Shown here piece after piece: positions 38,499 through 48,054 of a stretch of 64,000 nt of DNA. Each line of letters starts with the position of its first letter. Position 1 is the stretch's first letter. A model generated the notes under the pieces. It searched no databases and had not been told where the DNA came from. It saw only the letters and a program-made list of their open reading frames with translations. The translations under genes and the position numbers were made by a program. Origin of the DNA: Nannocystales bacterium (GTDB taxonomy: Bacteria > Myxococcota_A > Polyangia > Nannocystales > Nannocystaceae); assembly GCA_050633305.1 (NCBI GenBank), contig JBOEGF010000017.1:46433-110432 (forward strand), written 5' to 3'.

Positions 38499-39913
38499 CC
38501 ACCGACGACCGAACCCCATTGATGCGGCAGCTCGATGCTCTGGAAGTCTGGGACGTCCAGACGCCGCCGCAAAGCTTCACCGACCAGGTCTTGACGCGCG
38601 CCCGCGGCCCGAAGCCGAAGCGCCACGCCGCCTCGCGAATTGCCGTGGCAGCAATTGCGGCGGCTCTTGTGCTCGGCCTGCTCGGCTGGTGGTCCGCACG
38701 ACAGCTCCCTGTGCAGGCGGGGTCCCTCGTCGCCACCGCGCGCCACACGGTCCCGCTGACCGCAGGCACGACCATTGTCGCGGAGCCCGGCGCCGAGCTT
38801 CGCTGGGCCGAGCGCGACGGAACGCTGGAGGTCGAACAACGAAGGGGCAGCGCGTTCTACCGGGTGGACCCACGCGACCCGGAGTTCGTCGTGCAAACCC
38901 CTGCCGGTTCGATCCAAGTCCGCGGCACCTGTTTTTCTGTAGACCTCGAGGAAGCGAATTCGCTCATGACCGACAAGCGCCCCCCCAAACCGGCCGACCC
39001 GCGAAGGCCCCTCGCCCTGGGTGCGGCCCTCGCCGTAGCCGCCACCGTCACCGTCTATGAGGGCCGCACGGTGCTCGCCAACGACTCCGGGGTGCTCGAG
39101 CTCTCCGCGGGAGAACGTGGCACCGCGCGCTCAGGCTCCGCCCCTTCTCGATCCAACCCAGCCGCCCTCAGCCTTGCGGAGCGCTCCGGTGGTCTCAGCG
39201 ACACCACGACCCAAGAGCTCCACGCACTTCGATCCGAGAACCGGCGTCAGGCGACCGAGCTCCAAGAACTCCATTCCCAGCTCGGGAGGGCCCCTGAAGC
39301 CGACGACACAACCGCGCCTGATCCCAAGAAACGCACTCGATTCTCGGCCTGGGGGCCCCCCATCCCCGAGGGGTTCGACCACTACCAACCGACCCAAGCT
39401 GCGCTCGAGGAGATGGCGGAGTGCGGCATCGTGGCCTGGGACCAGCCCCCGGTGTGGGCGGACGACCAGCAGCCCGACCCGGAGTACCTGGATGCGCTCG
39501 GGCTCACGGCGCAGGAGCGAACGATGTTCGAGGCCGCGTTCCACAGCTTCCGGAGCGAGACGATCGCGACAGCCCGAAGTTTCTACGTCGAACTCGGGGG
39601 CGACTCCGCGCTCGCCGAGGCCATCGACCCCACCGAGCTGCTCGGTATGGTCTACGGCCGGACCGACCTCGACACGCGGGAGGACAGTCGCATCGCGCTG
39701 GCCATGGAACGGGCCGGACTCGCCGAGGCTCCGTCCGAGGAGCTCCAGCCCAGCGAGCGTTTCTTGCGCTGGGATGCGAACCTCGGCAACGCTTTCGAGG
39801 CGTCCCTCGAGGAGCACTTCGGGGCACAGCGGGCGCAAGAACTTCGCGCCGCACGAGACGGGTGGCCGGGTAAGCGCGCGACGTGGGCCGACCTGTGCAA
39901 CGGGCACAACTGA
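38495..39913 (+). CDS. FecR-domain anti-sigma factor
   Basis: ATGA-coupled to ECF; TM; GSAFYRV, FVVQTPAGSIQVRGTCFSV, VTVYEG, LSAGE. Confidence 0.8.
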   Translation: MTTDDRTPLMRQLDALEVWDVQTPPQSFTDQVLTRARGPKPKRHAASRIAVAAIAAALVLGLLGWWSARQLPVQAGSLVATARHTVPLTAGTTIVAEPGAELRWAERDGTLEVEQRRGSAFYRVDPRDPEFVVQTPAGSIQVRGTCFSVDLEEANSLMTDKRPPKPADPRRPLALGAALAVAATVTVYEGRTVLANDSGVLELSAGERGTARSGSAPSRSNPAALSLAERSGGLSDTTTQELHALRSENRRQATELQELHSQLGRAPEADDTTAPDPKKRTRFSAWGPPIPEGFDHYQPTQAALEEMAECGIVAWDQPPVWADDQQPDPEYLDALGLTAQERTMFEAAFHSFRSETIATARSFYVELGGDSALAEAIDPTELLGMVYGRTDLDTREDSRIALAMERAGLAEAPSEELQPSERFLRWDANLGNAFEASLEEHFGAQRAQELRAARDGWPGKRATWADLCNGHN

Positions 39914-39953
39914 CCCACAGCCGGAGTTCGAGGGGTGTGCCACACTGCGGATC

Positions 39954-40550
39954 GTGTCCGCGCTTTGGCAGCAGGTCATCGCCACCTCGGCGCTCGAGTG
40001 GTTCGGAACGCTCACCGGTCTGGTCGCGGTCGCCCTCAGCGTACGGCAGCACCGTCTCGCGTGGCCACTGTTCATCGCTTGCTATGCGGCCTATGTGTGG
40101 CTCAGCGTCGACGCGGGCTTGATCGCCGCCGCGGCGATGAACGGGGTGTTCATCATCCTTTCCATCGAAGGATGGCGGTCATGGAAGGCCGGCGAAGCGG
40201 ACGAAGACCAAGCGTTCCGCGTTCGACCTGGTTCGGTCGGCACCTGGGTCAGCGCCACCGCTGCGTGGGTCGGCGCCACCGCTGCCATCTCGATCGTCCT
40301 GCTGGTCTCGGGCAAGACCGAGTCCCCGGTGCTCGACGCGACAGCGACCGCAGCCGGCTTCGTCGCGCAGTGGCTACTCACCCGCAAGCTGGTCGCGACG
40401 TGGGCCTTCTGGCTCCTGTCGGACATCGCCTTCATGGTCCTGTACGGCCGTGCGGGCTACGGACTCACCGTGGGGCTCTTCGCGGTGTTCGTCGGCCTCG
40501 CGCTGCATGGCGCGTACACCTGGACTCGTACCACTCAGGAGGATGCATGA
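39954..40550 (+). CDS. pnuC: Pnu-type (nicotinamide riboside) transporter
   Basis: LEW, AWPL, GWRSW, DA...GFVAQWLLTRK, WAFW; multi-TM. Confidence 0.85.
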   Translation: MSALWQQVIATSALEWFGTLTGLVAVALSVRQHRLAWPLFIACYAAYVWLSVDAGLIAAAAMNGVFIILSIEGWRSWKAGEADEDQAFRVRPGSVGTWVSATAAWVGATAAISIVLLVSGKTESPVLDATATAAGFVAQWLLTRKLVATWAFWLLSDIAFMVLYGRAGYGLTVGLFAVFVGLALHGAYTWTRTTQEDA

Positions 40551-41065
40551 ACCCCCTCACCCGAATCGTGCTCATTGGCGCGGAGTCCACCGGCAAGAGC
40601 ACCCTGGCCGCCGCACTCGCCGACGCTCAAGGCCTCCCACAGACCGGCGAGTTTGTCCGCACCTACGTCGAGGGCCTGGATCGGCCGCTGCGCAGGGTCG
40701 ACCTCGATCCCATTGCGAACGGACAGCTCGCCGAAGAAGACCGCCATCTCGACGCCCCCGCGGTCCTGCACGACACCAACGTGTTGAGCACCCTGATCTA
40801 CGCCCGACACTACTTCGGCGTCACCCAGGAGTGGCTGGAGCAGGCGTTCGCCGCCCGACACTACGCGCTCTACTTGTTCTGCCAACCCGACATCCCGTGG
40901 GCACCCGACCCAGGCCAACGCGACAGCCCCGAGGCGCGGGACGCCCAACACGAGCTCTTCGCCGCCGAACTCGAGCTTCGCGGGCTTCCCACGATCCGAA
41001 TCGCTGGCGACCCAGCGACACGGCTTCGCTCCGCTCTGAAAGCGCTCAACAGGGTCCTGCGGTGA
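40547..41065 (+). CDS. NadR C-terminal-like P-loop kinase (AAA_28)
   Basis: GAESTGKSTL, EFVRTY, IANGQ, HDTN, PDIPW..D.QR; coupled to pnuC. Confidence 0.85.
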   Translation: MNPLTRIVLIGAESTGKSTLAAALADAQGLPQTGEFVRTYVEGLDRPLRRVDLDPIANGQLAEEDRHLDAPAVLHDTNVLSTLIYARHYFGVTQEWLEQAFAARHYALYLFCQPDIPWAPDPGQRDSPEARDAQHELFAAELELRGLPTIRIAGDPATRLRSALKALNRVLR

Positions 41066-41478
41066 AGCTCTCGCCCAACGCTCCGTGCCCGTGCGGCAGC
41101 GAACGCAAGCTCAAGAAGTGTTGCGCGCGCTTCCATCGCGGTCGCGCTGCACCTCCCCTCCTGCTGATGCCCGCCCGCTACACCGCGTATGCGATCGGCA
41201 ATGTCGACTTCCTCATTCGCACCACGCACCCCGACGGTCCGCAGTGGAACGAGGACCGGACCCGGTGGGCCGCCGAACTCCTCACCTATTGTCGGTCGAC
41301 CGAGTTTGTTGCTCTGGCCGTCCTCGAACACGACGTCGACGAAGACAAGGGGCGCGCACACGTGACGTTCCGCGCCGAACTTCGCCACGAGGGTGCGCCC
41401 GCGGGCTTCACGGAGCGCAGCTTGTTCGTTCGCGAAGACGGTCGCTGGCTGTACCACTCCGGCGACATGAACACGTAG
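41062..41478 (+). CDS. YchJ family SEC-C motif protein
   Basis: PCPCGS..KKCC, RYTAY, THP, VTFRA, ERSLF..GRWLY.SG. Confidence 0.88.
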   Translation: MKLSPNAPCPCGSERKLKKCCARFHRGRAAPPLLLMPARYTAYAIGNVDFLIRTTHPDGPQWNEDRTRWAAELLTYCRSTEFVALAVLEHDVDEDKGRAHVTFRAELRHEGAPAGFTERSLFVREDGRWLYHSGDMNT

Positions 41479-41480
41479 CT

Positions 41481-43019
41481 CTACCCCCGGATCCCGGGCA
41501 ACACGTCACTCGCCATCTGCCCCACCGCGCCGTCGAATCCGTTCGGCGCCCCGCCATAGCCGCGCTCGCCCGCCCATTGCCACTCGTCCTCGGGCAGGTC
41601 CATCGACTGCAGCGCGGTGGCCAGCCACTGGTTGTAGTACAGGCCCGGCCGTTGGGTGAGGAAGTCGTCGTTCAAGGCGCGGCCCATGTCGTCGCGGTTG
41701 CGATAGTCGTACATCCGACCCGTGGCGAAGAAGTCTCCGGCACCTCCGAGGGTGACGACTGCGTGGTCGTGCGGGTTGTGCGTTCGACAGCCGGACTCGC
41801 TGGTGTACATGAGCAGCGAGTTGTCGAGATAGGTTCGTCCGTCGGCCTCCTCAATGTCGAGTTTGTTGGCGAGGTCGAGCAACACGTACCGGAACCAGTT
41901 CCGATGGGACTCCAGCATCATCTGCTGCTCGACAAGCGCGGAGGGTTCGTCCGCCCGGTGTGCGACCTCTTGGTGCCAGTCGAACTCGCTCACCCCGGGG
42001 TACCAATGCCCACTGGGACTGATCGTCGCGATTCTCGATGTTCCACAGATGAACGCGGCGACCAGCACGTCGTTGTACATGGACCACGCCTGGGCCCGAT
42101 CGGCCGCATCCATCGCATCTTCGGTCGGCACATCGATGTCCGAGCACGAAGCCGCGCTCAGCTTGCGCTGCAGCTCGTCGAGCCGGGAGAGGTGGTCATC
42201 GAGCCGCTGGCGGTCGCTGGCCGAGAGTCTACTGGCGTTGCCAAACGCTCCGCTACGCAGACTCCGATAGCTCTCCATGACCTGGTCCACCACCAGAGGC
42301 CGTGGCTCGTCCGCCGCGTTCGCCCCGGGGAAGGTCTGGTTGAACAACGCGATCGAACTGTCGATCGTCGGGATATCGACGACCGGGCCGGACTGCTCGG
42401 CGGGGTTGGTGTATCCGAACGCGATGTTCCCGGGCCAATCCGCGCCCAAGTGAATCGACCGCATGGTCGTCGCGGAGAGGTCTGAATAGAAACAGGGGGA
42501 CCACGCCATCACCTGGTCGATGGTCGGCCGCGCGACCAAGGAGTCCACAGGGTCGTCCGCGTCATAGTTGGAGTCGTTGAAGTTGCCCAACGCCGCGCCA
42601 CGCCCATGGCCCATCCAGAACGGCTTGTCCAAGCCGCGAATCAGCATCATCTTCGAGATCAACGCATCGCTCAGCACCGATCCCGGCGCGCGCACGAAGG
42701 GGGAGACTTGAACCTCACCGTCGACCGTCTGTGCGGACAGCTCCCCCCAGTGTGCATCCCACCCGCAGGGCATCGGCACCGGGTTTGTCGCGGTCCCCAT
42801 CCCCGGATAGGTGTTCTCCGGCCACACGCCGCCGTGGTGGGTCATCATCCCAACGAAGCGCTTGGGGGTGGTGAGTTCGCTGGCGGAGACCTCCGTCGGC
42901 ATCAGCGACTCGAGCAGCGGCAGCGCCACGCCGGCCGCCCCCGCACACTTGAGAAACTGCCGCCGGGTCTTTCCTGTGGTGACCGTATAGACCGGTCCTC
43001 CATCGTTCATGCGCTTCAT
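41481..43019 (-). CDS. DUF1552 domain protein (Tat-type signal)
   Basis: RRQFLK..G..LPLLESL, PKRFV, TIDQ, DRQRLDDHL, LDNSL...SE. Confidence 0.82.
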   Translation of the reverse strand: MKRMNDGGPVYTVTTGKTRRQFLKCAGAAGVALPLLESLMPTEVSASELTTPKRFVGMMTHHGGVWPENTYPGMGTATNPVPMPCGWDAHWGELSAQTVDGEVQVSPFVRAPGSVLSDALISKMMLIRGLDKPFWMGHGRGAALGNFNDSNYDADDPVDSLVARPTIDQVMAWSPCFYSDLSATTMRSIHLGADWPGNIAFGYTNPAEQSGPVVDIPTIDSSIALFNQTFPGANAADEPRPLVVDQVMESYRSLRSGAFGNASRLSASDRQRLDDHLSRLDELQRKLSAASCSDIDVPTEDAMDAADRAQAWSMYNDVLVAAFICGTSRIATISPSGHWYPGVSEFDWHQEVAHRADEPSALVEQQMMLESHRNWFRYVLLDLANKLDIEEADGRTYLDNSLLMYTSESGCRTHNPHDHAVVTLGGAGDFFATGRMYDYRNRDDMGRALNDDFLTQRPGLYYNQWLATALQSMDLPEDEWQWAGERGYGGAPNGFDGAVGQMASDVLPGIRG

Positions 43020-43021
43020 GG

Positions 43022-44836
43022 CTAGTTTTCCTCCGTGCGGGTGCGAATCTGAAACTCGGGTTGAAAGGCGACATCGAGCAGCATCGAGCGGAGCGATCCT
43101 GCGTCCTCCAGCGCAAACTGCAGCGACTCCAGCGCGCACGCATCGGTCACAGGGTCCTCTTCACGGCCATACGCGAACCGGAAGTACTGAATCGAGAGGC
43201 AAGCCTCGGCGAGGCCGCTTTCGACGATGAACTGGCTGAGGTCGGCCCCTTCGTAGGCAACGCGCTCGTCGTCACCACGCGCCCGCGGGACCGCCTGTGT
43301 GTCGACCGGAAGCTCTCCCAGCTTCTCTCCTGTGGAGAGGTCGAAGATCTGCTCGTGTGTCCGGAGGCGGCCCAGCCCGTCGTAGTTCTCGGTCACGTAC
43401 CCCAGCGGGTTCATCAGCGCGTGGCACCCCAGGCACGATGTGCCCTCCCGTTCCGTCAACAGCTCGAGCTGTTCGCGAATCGTGGAGAGGGGATCGAGCG
43501 CCGGTGGAGGGGGGATGTCGGCGGGCGGCGCAGGAATGGTTCCGCACAGCAGCTGCGTGCGGATGCGATTGCCCTTGAGCACCGGGTGCGTCACCGCCGA
43601 TCCACTTGCGACCAGAGCCGCGCGGGTGACCAACCCTCCACGGTCACTGGGGAGCTCTCCGGGCGCGCTCTCACCGTCCCACGCGGACATCCCGTACAGC
43701 GCCGCGAGTTCATCGTCGCGTACAACCCCGATGTTGCTGGTGACGAAGTCGGCGAGCGAGCCCTCTTGCTCGTAGACAAACCACCGGAACACGTCCGTGA
43801 CCTCCTCGACCATCGCCCCGCGAAGCTGGGCACTGGGCGTGTCCTCGCCGACGAACGCGTCGAACCCCACGGTCCCGACCAGCGTATCCATCGCCGGAAC
43901 TTCCTCGAGTTCCAACCACTGTTCGGTGAACTGTCCGAGGGTCCGCCGGGTCCGATCGTGGGCGAACATCCGCTCGACCTCATCCTCGTAGCCCTCAGGC
44001 GTCTCCAGCCGACCATCCTCGGCGGCGTCGAGCAACGCGTCGTCGGGGATCGACTCCCAGAAGTGAAATGCGAGACGCGAGGCCAGCTCGTACCCGGACA
44101 GCGGGAACACGCCATCTCCGTCCTCGGGGTTGTCGTCCTCGATGATGTAGACGAAGTCCGGCACCATCAGAAGCACAGAGACCCGCTCCGCGAACGACTC
44201 CGCCGACACGTCGAGGAGGCTGCCCGCCGCATCCGCACTGTAGAAGTTCACCTCCTGCTCAGACAGCGGACGCCGGAACGCGCGGCGGCCGAACGCAGCG
44301 ACGAAGCCCTCGACACACGCCGCGTCGTTGTCCGGGTCCGCGTCGGTGGCACATGGCCCTGCGAGCATCTCCAAGCGCGTCTCGTCCTCGGTCAACGCCG
44401 CGCCGAGACCCCGCCCGACATGGTACCAGCCGTCGATGTGCGCCTGGGCCAGCGTTTGATCGAGGCGCCGAAACCCCGGCGCGTTGTCTTCGGGCACGAC
44501 CGACAAAGAGGCCCGCAAACTCTCCAGCACCGCCGCGGCCTCGCTCTCCCCGACAACCGGAACCGCGAGATCGTGAATCGCGTTCTCGTACTGTCGCCGG
44601 GTCAGCCGCCGCATCGGTGCCGGACTGGGCAGCACCGTGGGGTCGCACTGCGCCGCCTCCCCCGGCCCGTCGTCGTCGCTGGAGCTGTCGCTGCCGTCCT
44701 CGCCCCCGGATGGAGCGTCGTCGTCAGCGTCGTCGTGTGAGGCCCCCGTCGTCCCCGATGCCGCGTTGTCCGCCTCGTAGCCGGAGTAACACCCCGACAG
44801 CGCGAGGAGCACAGGCCATACCGTTGCTCTTGTCAC
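43022..44836 (-). CDS. DUF1592/DUF1588/DUF1595 multi-domain lipoprotein
   Basis: RRLTRRQYEN, RAFRRPL, YELASRLAF.FW.S.PD, HPVLKG, CLGCH, NPLG..ENYDGLG. Confidence 0.88.
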   Translation of the reverse strand: MTRATVWPVLLALSGCYSGYEADNAASGTTGASHDDADDDAPSGGEDGSDSSSDDDGPGEAAQCDPTVLPSPAPMRRLTRRQYENAIHDLAVPVVGESEAAAVLESLRASLSVVPEDNAPGFRRLDQTLAQAHIDGWYHVGRGLGAALTEDETRLEMLAGPCATDADPDNDAACVEGFVAAFGRRAFRRPLSEQEVNFYSADAAGSLLDVSAESFAERVSVLLMVPDFVYIIEDDNPEDGDGVFPLSGYELASRLAFHFWESIPDDALLDAAEDGRLETPEGYEDEVERMFAHDRTRRTLGQFTEQWLELEEVPAMDTLVGTVGFDAFVGEDTPSAQLRGAMVEEVTDVFRWFVYEQEGSLADFVTSNIGVVRDDELAALYGMSAWDGESAPGELPSDRGGLVTRAALVASGSAVTHPVLKGNRIRTQLLCGTIPAPPADIPPPPALDPLSTIREQLELLTEREGTSCLGCHALMNPLGYVTENYDGLGRLRTHEQIFDLSTGEKLGELPVDTQAVPRARGDDERVAYEGADLSQFIVESGLAEACLSIQYFRFAYGREEDPVTDACALESLQFALEDAGSLRSMLLDVAFQPEFQIRTRTEEN

Positions 44837-44891
44837 ACCTAGTGAGCATCAATTCGGCCTCAACTGATCAGAGTTTTCTTCGTGCGCGCGA

Positions 44892-45899
44892 CTACCAACA
44901 TCCCACGGGCTCACGAGACACCACGAGGTCGTCGTAGAGCACCCCCTCATCGCCATGCTCGCCTCCAAAATACAAGAGCAGCCACGCGACATTGAGCTTG
45001 AGATCGGGGTCCGTCCGAAACCATAGATCATCCCACAACCCCAGCTGGGTACCGTCTAGCGTCAGGGACACGACGCCGTCGGCAGCCTCCCGGGTTTGCA
45101 CGGGCGTGCCCGCATCGACCATGAGCTCCACGCAATACCACTGCCCGGTCTGCAACGGCGGGACCGCAGTGAACGCAGCGTGGGCTGGGTTCGCGCAGGA
45201 CGCCCCGGGGCCCAGACACGGAAGCTCGTCCCGGCTGCAAGCCTTCTCCGGGTCTGCGCACGCTTGATACATGCCCCGGTAGTCGAGTCTCCCGAGTAGC
45301 TGGGGGTCGGAGGCGGTGTGCGAGGTGAGCACGGCAAAGCGATCGTCGCCCGCTGGGCGGACGTCCGAGATGCCCAGCAGGTCGCGGTCTCCAGCGTGCA
45401 AGCCGGAGCCGAGGCCCGGCATCGACATGTCGTAGCCAGGCTCGTACTGGATGTACCAGCGCATGTGCAGTCGGTCGTAGAAGCCCGGAAGCAGTTTCAC
45501 CAAGTCCACCGTCGCCGCGCCCGGAGGGATACGAAGCCGCATCACATGGTTGTCGTCCGCCCCACGGGGACCCGGATCGACGGTGAGGACATTTTCGACC
45601 ACGATGTTGCCGTCGTAGTCGTCCCACTGCTCGAGGTGCCCTTCCTCGAAGTCCGTGCAGAACACGACGGCGTCATCGACATCGTCACAGAACGCGGCGG
45701 GGATCTGCGGGCCACTGCTTGAAGCTCCTGACGCGGTCGCACTTGCGGTTCCCGAGGATCCCGCCGCGCCCGTGGACGTTGCCGTGCCGGCATCACCACT
45801 GCTCGCGGACACCTCCTCGTAGAACGCCGGATCGATCTCGACACAACCAGAGCCCGACAGACCCAGCACACACATCACGAGCCGTGCTCTGCGTCCCAC
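44892..45899 (-). CDS. Lipoprotein with polysaccharide-lyase-like beta-jelly-roll domain
   Basis: Lipobox GSGC, S/T linker; FCTDFE, LHMRWYIQY, GQWYCVEL..DG.V.L.LDG, YDDLVVS. Confidence 0.55.
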   Translation of the reverse strand: MGRRARLVMCVLGLSGSGCVEIDPAFYEEVSASSGDAGTATSTGAAGSSGTASATASGASSSGPQIPAAFCDDVDDAVVFCTDFEEGHLEQWDDYDGNIVVENVLTVDPGPRGADDNHVMRLRIPPGAATVDLVKLLPGFYDRLHMRWYIQYEPGYDMSMPGLGSGLHAGDRDLLGISDVRPAGDDRFAVLTSHTASDPQLLGRLDYRGMYQACADPEKACSRDELPCLGPGASCANPAHAAFTAVPPLQTGQWYCVELMVDAGTPVQTREAADGVVSLTLDGTQLGLWDDLWFRTDPDLKLNVAWLLLYFGGEHGDEGVLYDDLVVSREPVGCW

Positions 45900-45940
45900 C
45901 CCAAAACGATAACCGATGGGGTGACCCGACGGACAGCGGC

Positions 45941-48028
45941 CTAGCGACCCAGCTTCGCGTCGACCCGATCCAGCGCACGCTGTGCCTCGCTCGCACCCAA
46001 GCGTCGGGCCTGTGCGTAGGCGGACCGCGCGTCTTCGAACCGCAGGACCTTGAAGTACGCATCCCCGAGCAGCATCCGGTACCGGCCCCGTTTTGGGGCC
46101 GCCGCGACGGCCTTCTGTGCGTAGCTCACCGCGTTCGCGTACCGACCGAGCTCGAAGTGAAACCGAGCGAGCCCAGCGAGGGCGGCGGCGTTCTTTCGAT
46201 CGGCCGCGATCGCTCGATTGAGCAGCAGCTCGGCACGTTTCAACTCGTGCGCACGCAGGGCCTGCAGCCCCTCCTTGGCCAACGCGGTCGCGGACCGTCG
46301 ATCGGGCGTCGTCCCGCGGTCCGGGACAACATCGGGCTGTGTCGACGCTGCCGTTTCATCCGACCCGCCAAGGTCCAAGCGTGCTGGGGTCGATGGCAGG
46401 ATGTCTGGCTCCATAGGCGCCGGCGGCGAAAGGGGACTCCCGATCAGCGACTCCAAGCTCGCAAGGGTGCTCGCTGGCGCGTCCGGACGCGACCGACGAA
46501 GCCGGACCACCTTTGCTCGGCGAACCGAGAGGTCGTCCTGTGCGAGTGCAGCCAGGGATGCGCCCACGACCAGCTCCGCGGGCGCGAACTCCCCCCGCTC
46601 GGCTCGACCCCGGAGCGCCGAAAGCTGGGAGGCGGTCAGCAGCGAGCCCGCCCGAGCGTGCTCGTTGCTCGCATCGAACAGCACGGCAGCCGCGTAGAAG
46701 TCGGCCGCGAAAGGAGCTCCGGCCGGTTCCTTCGAGTACGCATCCCCAAGCGCCGTGAGTTCGACCGAGAACTCCTGGCGCAACCGTCCCGCTCGCTGCT
46801 GCGCAAGTTCAGCCGCCGGTCCCTCGACGTGCTCCAACGCCAGGGTGCGGCTGTATGCGGTTGGCTTGAACGGGTCATCCAGCGGTGGGTAGACGAAGTG
46901 CTTTGCATCTGCCGCGGCCCGGGCCTCCCGCTCGAGCGCTTCCACCCGGTCCATCATCGCCCCCGTCACTTGGGCCTGTTGAACCGTGAGCACTGTCGCG
47001 GTCGCAGCGGCGGACAGCAACGCCGCCGCACCGATCGCGAGCCAGGTCTTCGTCCTACGCCTGCGGTCCCGTCCAAGCTCCGACACCAACGCCTGCATCG
47101 AGGCATGCCGATCGGCGGGACTGGGCGCGAGTCCGCGCAACACCGCCGCCCTCAGCCACGGAGGAACCGTGGAAGGTGGGTCGAGGTTCTGCGAATCGAT
47201 CGCCCGGCCGCGCTGCGCAAGGTCAGACCCGGGGAACGGACGCTCTCCCCACAGCGACTCGTACAGCGCGACACAGAACGCGAACTGATCCGCCGCAGCG
47301 CCGACCTCGGCTCCCCGGGATTGCTCTGGTGCCATGTACGCAGGCGTCCCCGCGAGGATGCCTCCGCCGGTGAGTTCCTCGTCGAGCACGCTGCCCGTCG
47401 TCTCTGCACCGACGTCCCGCGGTTGCCCCGCAACGGCACGTGCGAGACCGAAGTCCAACACCTTCACCAATCCGTCGTCGCCGATCCAAACGTTGGCCGG
47501 TTTAAAGTCGCGAAGCACCATGTTGGCCTCGTGCACAGCCGACAGCCCACGCCCGGCCTGCACGAACACATCCCGAACATCGCTCCACGAGCGTTGCGCC
47601 GCACGATTCCACGCCGAGAGCGTCATGCCCTCGAGCAACTCCATCGCGATGAAGACCTGGTTGCGGAACTGCCCCACGTCGTGAATCGCGACGACGTTGG
47701 GGTGCCGAACTCGCGCCATCGCCTGCGCCTCTCGCTGCATCCGGCGCTCGAGGTCGCCCCACGCGTCCACATCTGCTCGGACCAGCTTGACCGCGACCCG
47801 TCGGTCGAGTTCGGGATCGTAGGCGGCGTAGACCTCGCCCACGCCGCCGCGCCCCACGGCCTCCAGCAACACGTAGCGCCCTGCCTTCAGGGGTTCGACA
47901 GGGGTGTCGAGCACCCCCTGAAGCACCCGCTGCAGCATGACCTCATCTCCAACACCGGACTCCGGGGACCGTGCCTGCGCCAGTCGATCCCCGATCTCGC
48001 CCGCGCCGTGCTGCTTGCTGGGGGCCAC
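45941..48028 (-). CDS. Ser/Thr protein kinase with TM and C-terminal TPR
   Basis: GRGGVGEV, VAVK, LRDFKPAN, DFG, GTPAYMAPE. Confidence 0.88.
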   Translation of the reverse strand: MAPSKQHGAGEIGDRLAQARSPESGVGDEVMLQRVLQGVLDTPVEPLKAGRYVLLEAVGRGGVGEVYAAYDPELDRRVAVKLVRADVDAWGDLERRMQREAQAMARVRHPNVVAIHDVGQFRNQVFIAMELLEGMTLSAWNRAAQRSWSDVRDVFVQAGRGLSAVHEANMVLRDFKPANVWIGDDGLVKVLDFGLARAVAGQPRDVGAETTGSVLDEELTGGGILAGTPAYMAPEQSRGAEVGAAADQFAFCVALYESLWGERPFPGSDLAQRGRAIDSQNLDPPSTVPPWLRAAVLRGLAPSPADRHASMQALVSELGRDRRRRTKTWLAIGAAALLSAAATATVLTVQQAQVTGAMMDRVEALEREARAAADAKHFVYPPLDDPFKPTAYSRTLALEHVEGPAAELAQQRAGRLRQEFSVELTALGDAYSKEPAGAPFAADFYAAAVLFDASNEHARAGSLLTASQLSALRGRAERGEFAPAELVVGASLAALAQDDLSVRRAKVVRLRRSRPDAPASTLASLESLIGSPLSPPAPMEPDILPSTPARLDLGGSDETAASTQPDVVPDRGTTPDRRSATALAKEGLQALRAHELKRAELLLNRAIAADRKNAAALAGLARFHFELGRYANAVSYAQKAVAAAPKRGRYRMLLGDAYFKVLRFEDARSAYAQARRLGASEAQRALDRVDAKLGR

Positions 48029-48054
48029 CGACGTGGCTGATACAGTAGCAAGGG

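Noticed and set aside
39914..39953. TPP/FMN/NAD riboswitch upstream of pnuC
   Set aside because: 40-bp gap with no recognisable aptamer motif
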